Positions 49,482 to 58,900 of a stretch of DNA of 64,000 nt are shown piece by piece. How positions within the stretch are numbered: the first letter of the stretch is position 1; the number at the start of each line of letters is the position of its first letter. The notes beneath the pieces were generated by a model, which worked only from the letters and a program-made list of their open reading frames with translations, had not been told where the DNA came from and did not search any database. Source of the stretch: an uncultured Gammaproteobacteria bacterium (GTDB lineage Bacteria; Pseudomonadota; Gammaproteobacteria; Xanthomonadales; Rhodanobacteraceae); contig CAVTJF010000063.1 in assembly GCA_963734945.1 (NCBI GenBank), positions 75,496-139,495 on the forward strand, given 5' to 3'. A program made the translations under genes and the position numbers.

Positions 49482-49513
49482 CTGACACTTACCCAGGGTT
49501 AATCATGGGGTTC
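49482..49513. repeat. solo diverged copy of the MITE right terminal repeat
   Basis: CTGACACTTACCCAGGGTTAATCATGGGGTTC versus MITE right end GTGACACCTGCTCAGGGTTAATCAGAGGGTCC gives 25/32 identical by hand alignment, in the same orientation. It lies 31 nt upstream of the ATG at 49545. Confidence 0.45.
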
Positions 49514-49544
49514 TTAGGCTGGGTTTCCTGCAAAGGAGACCCAC

Positions 49545-49838
49545 ATGCCCAATCTGACCATCCGACTGACATCCGACGCAGACACCCGCGACCGGCTGCT
49601 GAAGGCAGTGCGTGCGCTCGAGGGGATCGAGCGGGCCGAGGAAGTGGCCGACCTGATGGACGACATGCATCGCGATGATTCCAGCTCGGCCGAGCTGCCT
49701 GATGACACCGGTCCCGGCTCGCACGTGCTGGTGTTCGAGACCGATACCGAGCGCACCGCCACCCTGGCGCTGCGCGCGGCCGAGGAACTGAGCCGGCGCG
49801 AGGGTGCCGCCATGGAAATCGTCGAGCCGCGCACCTGA
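49545..49838 (+). CDS. hypothetical acidic protein (97 aa) with internal duplication
   Basis: AAGGAG lies 7 nt upstream of the ATG. Two similar halves are present (IRLTSDADTRDRLLKAVRALEGIERAEEV and LVFETDTERTATLALRAAEELSRREGAAMEIV). No family recognised. Confidence 0.55.
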   Translation: MPNLTIRLTSDADTRDRLLKAVRALEGIERAEEVADLMDDMHRDDSSSAELPDDTGPGSHVLVFETDTERTATLALRAAEELSRREGAAMEIVEPRT

Positions 49839-50149
49839 GGACACAGCGCGGCGCGTAACCTGCAAACCGAGGGAATGGCACATGCAGTTCACGCATTCGC
49901 CCGCGCGGCAAACAGCCCGAATCGGGCATTGCCAACCGCTACCAGGCGCCAACGACTGCCTTGCCATTCGTCAACGCGCCCGGAACAGCGATAACGCGAT
50001 CGCCGAGATCACCGCGAACATCGGCTCAAGCCTGCAGATCAGAAGCATCCGTGACACAGCAGATGCAGGTGTCACGGTTGAACCGTCTGCATGCCCGGCA
50101 TCGTGTGCGGCTGAAGTACACTGGTGCGTCTACAGCCATTTTTGACGGC

Positions 50150-50443
50150 ATGATGTCCTCACGTCACGATCACACCACATTTGCAGGCTGCGTCGGCACC
50201 CGCATGCGCATCCAGGCCGGCGAGCAGCAGTTCGAGGCCGAGCTGGAGCGCGTCGAACTGCTGAACAGGCAGCCGCAGCAGGACTACCAACCGTTCGCGC
50301 TGCTGTTCCAGGCGGACTCGGGCGAGGACCACGGTCAGCGCACCTATCGCGTCGAGCACCCGCAGCTGGGTCCGATTGACATGTTTCTGGTGCCGATCGG
50401 GCCGGGCACCCGCGGCATGCGCTACGAGGCCGTTTTCGCCTGA
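50150..50443 (+). CDS. hypothetical small protein (97 aa), signal-less relative of the Tat-signal protein at 50985-51353
   Basis: Start at ATG 50150 (MMSSRHDH) with a weak SD. Pattern F..G.R, L.L..V, F.LLF, FLVP and YEAVFA is shared loosely with the neighbouring minus-strand protein. Confidence 0.45.
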   Translation: MMSSRHDHTTFAGCVGTRMRIQAGEQQFEAELERVELLNRQPQQDYQPFALLFQADSGEDHGQRTYRVEHPQLGPIDMFLVPIGPGTRGMRYEAVFA

Positions 50444-50988
50444 GACGGTTGCTGCCGGCCGACGGTCGGCGGCTGCCATGCCATGAAGCAGTGCACGCCG
50501 CGGTCCTCGACCAGCTCGAAGCCGAGGCGTTGATACCAACGCAGTGCCGGGTTGAAGTGCTCGACATGCAGGCGTACGGCCAGGCCGGCCTGTTCGGCCA
50601 GCCCGAGAAGCGCCACCAACATGGCCGTGCCGAGTCCGGCGCCTCGCTGATCGGCACTCAGGGCGATGTCGATCAGACGAATCTCGTCTTCGCGCCGCTG
50701 CAGGTAGAGTCGCCCGATCGGCACACCGGCGCGTTCGATGATGGCGAACTCGGCATCAGCGAAATGCTCGCGGTAATGGGCGTGCTGGGCGTCGAACTGC
50801 ATCGCCAGAAATTGCTGCCGCTGTGCATCGCTCCAGTGACTTGCCGCTTCCAGCTCGCGTTCGCGGGTGCTGGCATACAGCGCGGCAAGGAAGGACAGGT
50901 CGGCCTGGGTTTCGGCCCGCACGGCCAGGTCAACGGGCAGGTCGGCCGCGTCGACCAGTGCGGTGCCGAGTGGCAGCGCAGCGCTCAC
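50422..50988 (-). CDS. GNAT-family N-acetyltransferase
   Basis: RLIDIALSADQRGAGLGTAMLVALL (Q/RxxGxG/A acetyl-CoA loop) and NPALRWYQRLGF. The GTG start at 50988 overlaps the upstream stop (GTGA). Confidence 0.8.
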   Translation of the reverse strand: MSAALPLGTALVDAADLPVDLAVRAETQADLSFLAALYASTRERELEAASHWSDAQRQQFLAMQFDAQHAHYREHFADAEFAIIERAGVPIGRLYLQRREDEIRLIDIALSADQRGAGLGTAMLVALLGLAEQAGLAVRLHVEHFNPALRWYQRLGFELVEDRGVHCFMAWQPPTVGRQQPSQAKTAS

Positions 50989-51353
50989 GCGGTGGCGGTA
51001 TTGACCACGGCAACCCACTCGCGCGCGGCGTCATGCGCGGGCTCGAGAAAAAGCTGCCGCGTGTTCCCGGCGCTGTCGCACAGCTCGTGGATACCGGCCT
51101 GCAGATCCGCATCGGCGCGGAATCGCAGCAGGCGCTGGCGATCGGACTGATAGCGGCTGAGCGGCACATCCTCGACCAGCGTCAAGCCTGCCGGTGCGCT
51201 GCCAGCCGTCGTGAACCGCGCGCCCGCGACAAACCCGTGTGGGCCACCCGTGCCCGTCAGGGCCCTGGCTGCGCGCGCAGTCGATGCCCCGGCCAGAGTC
51301 AGCACACCGCCCGCGGCAGCGGCCATGACAGTCAGAAACTTGCGACGCTGCAT
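50985..51353 (-). CDS. Tat-signal periplasmic/secreted small protein (122 aa)
   Basis: MQRRKFLTVMAAAAGGVLTLAGASTARAA is a twin-arginine signal with an AxA site. GAGGAG lies 8 nt upstream. It is the fifth gene of the operon. Confidence 0.6.
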   Translation of the reverse strand: MQRRKFLTVMAAAAGGVLTLAGASTARAARALTGTGGPHGFVAGARFTTAGSAPAGLTLVEDVPLSRYQSDRQRLLRFRADADLQAGIHELCDSAGNTRQLFLEPAHDAAREWVAVVNTATA

Positions 51354-51365
51354 GTTCGTTTCTCC

Positions 51366-51887
51366 TCAGCTGCGCGACGGATAGAGCCCGACCAGGGCGA
51401 TGATGAAATTCATGCTCAGGTAGGGCTGGCGATTGTTGTGGGCCTGCGACCCGCCCTGGTTGTCGAGCATCGGACCCATCGGTGTCAGCGGTGTGCCGCT
51501 GCCCTGGGGCGCAACATACAACTGCGTGCCCCTGGCCAGGAAGTTGTTGCCCACCTGGCGCTGATTGGCGGTTTCATTGACGCCCTGCATGGCGTGCGAG
51601 TGCTGTGGCATCTGTGCTTCGCTGAGCGTGACCGAATCAACGCCGCCGCGCTCGCCCAGCCTGCGGTCCGTCAGTCCCGGTCCGCGTCCCGGGTGCATCG
51701 GCGCACGTCCCTGCAGGTCCGGTAGCGCGGTGGTCGTGGGGCCGTCACCACCATAGGTGGTACCGAGCAGGCTGAACAGGGCCGTATTCTGGGAAACCGG
51801 CAGCAGCTGGCCGTTGCAGAAGGCCCAGCCGCGCGGCGCGAAATTGCCGGCGAAGATGCGTACTTCAGCGATGAAGGGTTCCGACAT
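51366..51887 (-). CDS. phage-tail-collar-domain protein (MdpB/COG4675-like), paralog 3
   Basis: MSEPFIAEVRIFAGNFAPRGWAFCNGQLLPVSQNTALFSLLGTTYGGDG...NFIIALVGLYPSRS. AGAGGA SD upstream. Confidence 0.85.
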   Translation of the reverse strand: MSEPFIAEVRIFAGNFAPRGWAFCNGQLLPVSQNTALFSLLGTTYGGDGPTTTALPDLQGRAPMHPGRGPGLTDRRLGERGGVDSVTLSEAQMPQHSHAMQGVNETANQRQVGNNFLARGTQLYVAPQGSGTPLTPMGPMLDNQGGSQAHNNRQPYLSMNFIIALVGLYPSRS

Positions 51888-51898
51888 GGCTGGATCCT

Positions 51899-52418
51899 CT
51901 AGGTTCGCGACGGGTAGATGCCGAACAGCGCAATGATGAAGTTCATGCACAGGAACGGCATCACGTTGGTGTGCGATCGGCTGCCGCCGATGGGGGCAAT
52001 GGTCTCGCTGGCCATCTGCAGCACCGGCGGCGGCCGCGGATTGAGGTAGTCGGCCGAACCGGTGCCCGGCACATTGCCGCCCGGGTCGACGCTGGTGGCC
52101 GTGCCCGCGCTGCCGTGCGCCGGATGCGAGTGCGAGGGCAAGCTGGTTGACGGTCAAGGTCACTGATTCCGATCCGCCCTTCGCGCCAAGGCGGCGGTCG
52201 GACAGCCCCGGACCCTGGCCGGCATGCACCGGAAGCCGCCCACGCATGTCCGGTAGCCCGAAGGTGGTGCGACCATCACCACCGTAGATCGTGCCGAGCA
52301 GGCTGAACAGGGCGTCGTTCTGCGACACCGCCAGCAGCTGGCCGTCACAGAAGGCCCAGCCGCGCGGGGCGAAGTTGCCGGCAAACATGCGGATTTCTCC
52401 AACAAACGGTTCGGACAT
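51899..52418 (-). pseudogene. phage-tail-collar-domain protein, paralog 2, disrupted by a 1-nt frameshift near 52140
   Basis: 93 N-terminal codons (…VTLTVNQL) are in one frame. The conserved C-terminal part (PSHSHPAHGS…NFIIALFGIYPSRT) is in the next frame. The span is 520 nt, which is 3n+1. Removing one T of CAGCTTGCC restores VNQLPSHSH. Confidence 0.75.
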
Positions 52419-52430
52419 CTCGGGGACTCC

Positions 52431-52934
52431 TCAGTTGCGCGACGGGAACAGCCCCTGCAGGGCAATGCAGAAATTGACGGCCAGGAACGGTTGCATGTTC
52501 TCGTGCGCCTGGCCGCCGCCGACGCTGGCGACCGTACCGTCGCCGAATGCGGCCGGATTGCCGGCCGGGGCATACAGCTGCTGGGTGGAGCGGCCGAACA
52601 GGTTGTTCTGAGGGGTATCGCTGCCGCCCTGATCGGTATTGGATCCGGCTGCCGCATGCGTGTGCGCGGGCATCTCGTCGGTCGTCAGGGTGTGCGCTTC
52701 CTCGCCGCCCTTGCTGCCGAGTGCGTCGTTCTGGCCCACGTGCAGCGGCGTGCGGCTGCGCAGATCGGGCAGCGCGAACGAGGTTTGGCCGTCGCCGCCG
52801 TAGGTGGTGCCGAGCAGCGAGTACAGCGACTGGTTCTGGTTGATCGGCAGGATCTGACCGTCACAGAATGCCCAGCCGCGTGGCGCGAAATTGAAGCCGA
52901 CCATGCGGATTTCAGCGAGGAAGGGTTCGGACAT
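52431..52934 (-). CDS. phage-tail-collar-domain protein, paralog 1
   Basis: MSEPFLAEIRMVGFNFAPRGWAFCDGQILPINQNQSLYSLLGTTYGGDG...NFCIALQGLFPSRN. An SD (GGAG / AAGGA) lies upstream. Confidence 0.85.
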   Translation of the reverse strand: MSEPFLAEIRMVGFNFAPRGWAFCDGQILPINQNQSLYSLLGTTYGGDGQTSFALPDLRSRTPLHVGQNDALGSKGGEEAHTLTTDEMPAHTHAAAGSNTDQGGSDTPQNNLFGRSTQQLYAPAGNPAAFGDGTVASVGGGQAHENMQPFLAVNFCIALQGLFPSRN

Positions 52935-52997
52935 TGTCCTTGCTCCGTGGTTGCGTTCGCACGCGTTTCATGGGTTCTGTCATTTGCCTGCTGCACC

Positions 52998-55900
52998 TCA
53001 GAACTTCGGCAGCGGCACATCGCCGGCGAAGTTGGTGACGCCGGAGGTCGTGACCGAACCGGTGGGATTGTTGTCCGCATTGACCGTGGACAGGCTCTCG
53101 ACCTGTACCGTCGGCAGCGGCGTGCAGCTGAATGAATCGTCCAGCACATAGTAGCCGTTGGTCGAGCTGTTGGCATTGTTGGGTGCGCCGTCTCCAGTGC
53201 CTCCGCCCAGATCGACATGCAGCGTCATGCCGCAGTCGCGGGCCCTGGCCAGCACTGCCCGTGCCAGGCTGCCGGGGGCTGCGGTACCCGTAACGGTATT
53301 GCCTTCGATGGTGGCATTGGCCACGGCGCTGCCGCTGGGATAATTCTCGACGTTGACGGTGATCACGCCGCAATCGGCGCCGCCGCAGGCACCGATGTTC
53401 TCCGTGGCCGCACGCACGTTGTTGTTGAGAACCTGCGAGTCGAGGCTGGAGCTGCCCTGCACGTCGACAAAGATGCCCGAGGCCTGGGACTGGCTGCCGA
53501 CCGCAACGGTCTGGCCGATGCTGTTGTTGTCAACGCGCAGGTCCATGTCGCTCTCGCCACCGCGGGTGGAGCTGTAGACGGCTTCCTTGCCGGTACCGTC
53601 GACGGAGTTGTTGAACACCTCGGCATCAACCAGGCCACTGCTCGAGTCGGTCAGTGCCAGGGTGTCCAGACCGCGTTGCTGCGGGATGTTGCTGATCGTG
53701 TTGCCGGACACGGACGCGTCGAGCACCGAGGTCGAGCCCTTCTGCAGGATGATCTGCCCGGACAGGGATATGCCGCGGCCGATGTCATTGAGGTTGTTGC
53801 TGCTGAAGCTCGGCCGCAGGGTGGCGCCCCCGGTCACGGTGCCGCTGACGTTGTTCTGGCCATTGATCGGGTGCGAGGCGGTGAAGGTGCTGCCGGTCAC
53901 GTCGCTGGTGATGGTGCCGCCCGAACCCGGGCCGTTGCCGATGGCCAGCGTCATGGCCTGGCCGCGTGCGCCGAGGAAGGTCGAATTGTTGACGTTCCAG
54001 GCGCCGTTGACGATGCCGGTGGTGCTCAGCACCACCATCGCATTGCCGTTGACCGCAGGCGTTGCCGGGGTCAGGTCCTTCAGGTCGACCGTGGAGCCGT
54101 CGATGGTCATCGAGGTGAAGCTGACGCCGGCATTGGTGACGCGGATGCCGGCGAAGTTGGAGGTCTGGTCCAGCTCCTCGATCAGGCTGCCGGTGTCGAT
54201 GCGGTTGCTGCCGGTGAGGTCGAAGGCCTCGAAGCCGCTGCCGATCGGGTGCCGGATGTGTACGGCCGAGAGCGTGATGTCGCCGCTGGCCGAGGCCTGG
54301 ATGGCATGGTCGTTGGCCAGGTTGGTGATATCGGCCGGATTGGCGCTGTTGCCGTTGAACAGCAGCTCCATCTGCCGCAGCACCACGCCGTGCGCGTTGC
54401 TCAGGGCAATGCCGTCGCTGGTGGTGTGCTGGATGGTGCCGCCGCTGCCGTTGCGTGCATTGCCGCCGTCACCGGTCACGCTGAACAGGCCGCTGCTGCC
54501 GGTATCGGCCAGCACGATGCCGCTGGCCGGGCCGGTGCTGGTGGTGCCCGCGCTGACGCTGCGCAGGGTCACGCCGGCGGCGCCGATGGTGACACCGTCG
54601 ATGTCCACGGCCACGCCCGTGCTCGACTGCACGCTATTGCCGCTGCCCTCGATGGTCAGGGTGCCGCCACCGGTCGCGGCGATGCCATTGCCGCTGCTGG
54701 TGCTGACGGCCAGGCCACCGCCGATGAAGTGCATGGCGTGACCGCTGTTGCCGGACAGGGTCAGGGCCGCGTTGGCGCCGGTTTTGAGCGAGGAACCGTT
54801 GGCGGAAAACACGCTCATGCCGCCGCTGTTGCCATTGACCAGAATGCCGGTGCCGGTATTGGTGATGACACCGGCCAGGGACACCATGCCGCCGTTGCGC
54901 CCGGTGATCGACACGGCGCGGCCGGCGTTGCTGATGCTGCCCGGATAGGTCACGTCCGAGGCACCGCCATTGATGCGCACGCCGATGCCGGCGGCAGCGG
55001 TGATGCTGCCACCCGCGGCCGTCACCGACCCGCTCACGCTATCGATATTGACGCCGTTGCCGGCGCTGCCTGCCGAGCTGATGCCGGCGAAGGAGAAGCC
55101 GTTCAGCGTGGTGTTGCGCACGTCCAGCGCGGGCGCACCGGTGCTGGACAGGCTGGGCACGCCCGGGTTGGCGATGCTCACGCTGCCGCCGGCCACATAG
55201 ATCGCCGGCGCAGCGCTGGTGCTGATGTCCGACAGCGTGCCGAGGGCAAAGCTCGAAGTGCCGGCGTTGGCGTCCAGGTCAATGCCGTACGCCGCCGGCG
55301 AGGTGATCGTGGTGCTGGTGGCGTCGAAGGCGCTGTTGCTGGTGTTGCGCACGCGCAGGGCGTCACCCGGTGCCGAATCGCTGGAGATGTCGCCCAGCGT
55401 GGCCAGCAGGGTGCCGCTGCCGCCGCCGTCCAGCAGCAGGGTGCCGCCGGTACCGGAAATCGCCACCTGGTCGATGTCGAGGGTGCCGCCGAAGGTACCC
55501 GCTATCGCGCTGCCGCCCGGGGTGTTGCCGATCGCCAGGCCGCGGATGGTGTTGCCGCCGGATGCGGCAACGTTGATGGCGTTGCCGCTGCCGGCGGCAA
55601 GGCTCGGCGCGGTACCGCCGAGTGAGGGCCTTGCGGCCGCGGTCACCACCGGTCCGCCCGGTGGCGAGATGCCGGCGAAGCTGTCGAAATCGGTGAAACT
55701 GTCGCCGGCGTGCGGCGCCGTGGCCTGGCCGAACAGGACCTGGCCGCTCTTCAGCGTGATACTGCCACTGTAGCTGCCGCTGGCGACGAAGATGGCGTCG
55801 TTCGCGGCGGGGCTGTCGATGCCGCTGCCGGTCTGCTTGGCATTGAATTCGGCCAGCGAGGCGAACGGCGTGCTCAGCCGACCGTCACCGCCGGCGCTGG

Positions 55901-58900
55901 CGGCGGCATCGATGAACCAGACCGTGTTGCCGCCGACACTGATGTTGGCGGTCACCGCGGCGCTGCACTTGGGATTCGCCGGCGTCTCACCGACGCCGTT
56001 GTCGCACACCACATAACTGAAGGAGTCGGTGCCGCTGAAACCCGCTGGCGGGTTGTAGCTGAAGGCGCCGGTGCCGCCATTGATGTTCAGGCTGCCGCCA
56101 TTGACCGTCGTGGTCGGTACCGGATTCGATCCATTGCCGACCGTGAGGACGCTGCCGGCTGCCACTTCCAGCGGGTCGTCGGTGGCGCCGACCAGCAGTC
56201 CGCCGGAGGCACTGACGTTGACACTGATGTTGCTGACCACGCCGGTGATGCTGGGTGGCGTCGGCACTGTCGGCGGATTGTTGACGCCGCTGACGGTGAT
56301 GGTCAGTGTCTGCGGCGGCGACGAGGTGTCGATGCCGCCGTTGGCCGTTCCGCCGTTGTCCATCGCCACCACCGAGAAGCTGGCGGTGCCGAAGGCGTTG
56401 GCTACCGAGGTGAAGCTGAGGTTGCCGCTGCCATCGATTGCCGGTGCGGCGCTGAACGTCAGCGTCGGGTCGGCACTGACCGGGGTGACGATGAAGCTGA
56501 CTGCCTGCCCGGACTCATTCGATGGGCCGGGGCTGACCGCGGTCGCCCAGGCGCCGCTGTAGGGGCCGCTGCCCTCCGCCACGGTGACCGTGCCGCCAGG
56601 GCTGAACGACGGCGGGTCATTGACGTCGGTGATGTTGACCGTGATGGTGCCCGACCCGCTCTGTGCCGGGGTGCCGTTGTCTGTGGCCTGTACGGTCAGC
56701 GCGGCACTCGGGCTGCCACCCTGGAGGATGGCGTCGAGCGCGCTGGTGTTGGCCACGGTGATCTGGCCGCTGGACGCGCTGATGGCGAACGCACCCCCGC
56801 TGTTGCCGCCGGTGATCGAGTAGCTCAGCGTCTGACCGGCATCCGGATCGGTGGCGCTGGCGGTGCCGACCACGGTGCCGGCCGGGCTGTGTTCGAGCAC
56901 GCTGAACGTGGCCGGGGTGACCGCCGGTGGCTCGTTGACATCGGTCAGATTGATCGTCACCGTCGCCGAACCGCTCAGCGGCGGCGTGCCGTCGTCGCTG
57001 ACCTGAACGGTCAGTGCGAAGGTCGGATTGGTCTCGAAATCCAGAACCGTGCTGTTGGCGACGGTGATCTGTCCGCTGGAGGCATTGATTGCGAACGCGC
57101 CGCCGGTATTGCCTGCGGTGATCGAGAAGCTGTGGTTCTGTGCCGAATCCTGGTCGGTATAGGCGATTGGCGTGCCGACCGTCGTGGTGTTGGGCGAGTT
57201 CTCGGCGATGGAGAACGTGGCCGGGGTGACCACCGGCGGATCGTTGGCGTTGGTGAGGTTGATGGTGATCGTGGCCGATCCGTTCAGCGACGGCGTGCCG
57301 TTGTCGGCCACCTGCACGGTCAGCGCAAAGCTGGGATTGGTCTCGAAGTCCAGCACCGCGCTGTTGGCCACCGTGATCTGGCCGCTGGTGGCGTTGATCG
57401 CGAAAGCGCCATTGGTGTTGCCTGCGGTGATCGCATAGGTGTGGGTCTGCCCGGTATCGGGGTCGGTGTAGGCAACCGGGGTGCCGACCGGCGTCGCGTT
57501 GGCCGAGTTCTCGGCAATCGAGAACGTGGCCGGGGTGACCACCGGCGGGTCGTTGACGTCGCTCAGATTGATGGTGATCGTGGCGCTGCCCGACTGCACC
57601 GGACTGCCGTCGTCGGTGACCTGCACGGTCAGCGCGAAGCTCGGATGGGTCGCGAAATCCAGCGCCGCACTGTTGGCCACCGTGATCTGGCCGCTGCCGG
57701 CATCGATCGCGAAGGCGCCGGAGGTGTTGCCGGCGGTGATCGAGAAACTGTGGTTCTGGCCACTGTCGGGATCGGTATAGGTGACCGGTGTACCGACGCT
57801 GGTGGCGTTGGCGCTGTGCTCGGGAATCGAGAATGTCGCCGGATTCACGGTCGGCGGGTCGTTGACGTCGGTGACGGTGATCGACACGGTGGCCGTGTCG
57901 CTCGCGCCGAGACTGTCGGTAACCTGGAAGTCGAAGCTGTCGGCGCCGGCATAGAACGCGTTCGGCGTGTAGGTCACATTGGGCGGCGTACCGGTCAGCG
58001 TGCCGTTGTTCGGGCCGCTGCCGGCAACCAGGCTGAAGGTGATCGGATTCAGGTCAGGGTCCGAGCCGGTCAGGGTGATCGCCACCGGGGTGTCCTGCAG
58101 CGTGGTCACCGACTGCGGATCGGCTACCGGCGGCTGGTTGAAGGCCACCGTCGAATCGATGCGGAAGCAGATGTTGCCGCCGCTGATCTGCGCGAAAAAG
58201 GCGCCGAGGTCTGCACCGACCGGGCCGTCGCCCTGCGGATCCTGACCCAGCGGCGCAATGCCTGCCCAGTCGCCGGTCTGGCCGTCCAGTACGCAGGCGG
58301 CCCAGGCCGTGCCCACCGATCCGGCGAGCAGACCCAGGGCCAGGGCGACCGTCAGCAGCGAGCGGTGGCGCCGCAGCATGGCCAGCGCCGCCAGCGCGAA
58401 CAGCAGGCTGAGCAGCGCCAGGGCGATCCGCGACAGCGTGGGCACAGCGATGTTGCTGCCCAGTTGCACCAGGAACGGCGAGGTCACGCCCATGGCATCG
58501 TCGCCGGTGCTGTCGCTGGCCAGCACCGCGGTGCGCACGAAGAAGGCATGCCCGGCGATCGAGGACAGGGGCATCTGGGTCTCGATCACGTCCAGGCCCG
58601 ACTGCCCGTTGCCGATACCGACCGGCCAGCCGCCGGCGGAGATGCTCACCGGCGCACCGAAACTTGATGTGCCGGGGTCAACGCAGTCCAGGCGTTCAAC
58701 CGAAGTGACGCTGGCGCTGGTGCCGGCGCTGTCCACCGTGGTCAGCAGAATCTGCTCGACGCCGCCGAAGCTGCCGTCGGGCGTGGCCACGCTGCAGCCG
58801 GTGCCCGGGTCATTGTCCACATCCAGCAGCACGCGGAATTGCGTCGTCGCTGCGTGTGCCGTCAGAGCCGCGCAAAGCAGTACCAGCGCCAGGCACAGAC

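Noticed and set aside
51366-52418. 350-aa ORF as a bona fide fused double tail-collar protein
   Set aside because: The 84-codon linker is Arg/His/Gln/Ala-rich out-of-frame text. It overlies a perfectly conserved Collar C-terminus in another frame. A 1-nt indel explains it. The possibility is kept alive only in the frameshift finding.
51366-52934. Prophage or tailocin remnant
   Set aside because: No other phage structural, replication, lysis or integrase genes lie within at least 10 kb on either side. The genes are embedded in a tight operon with non-phage genes.
53217-58667. 802-aa and 985-aa plus-strand ORFs opposite the giant gene
   Set aside because: Their composition (runs of A/G/R/D/V) mirrors the Gly/Ser/Thr/Ala-rich repeats of the minus-strand protein. 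They have no start context. The minus-strand frame has a signal peptide, domain repeats and operon partners.
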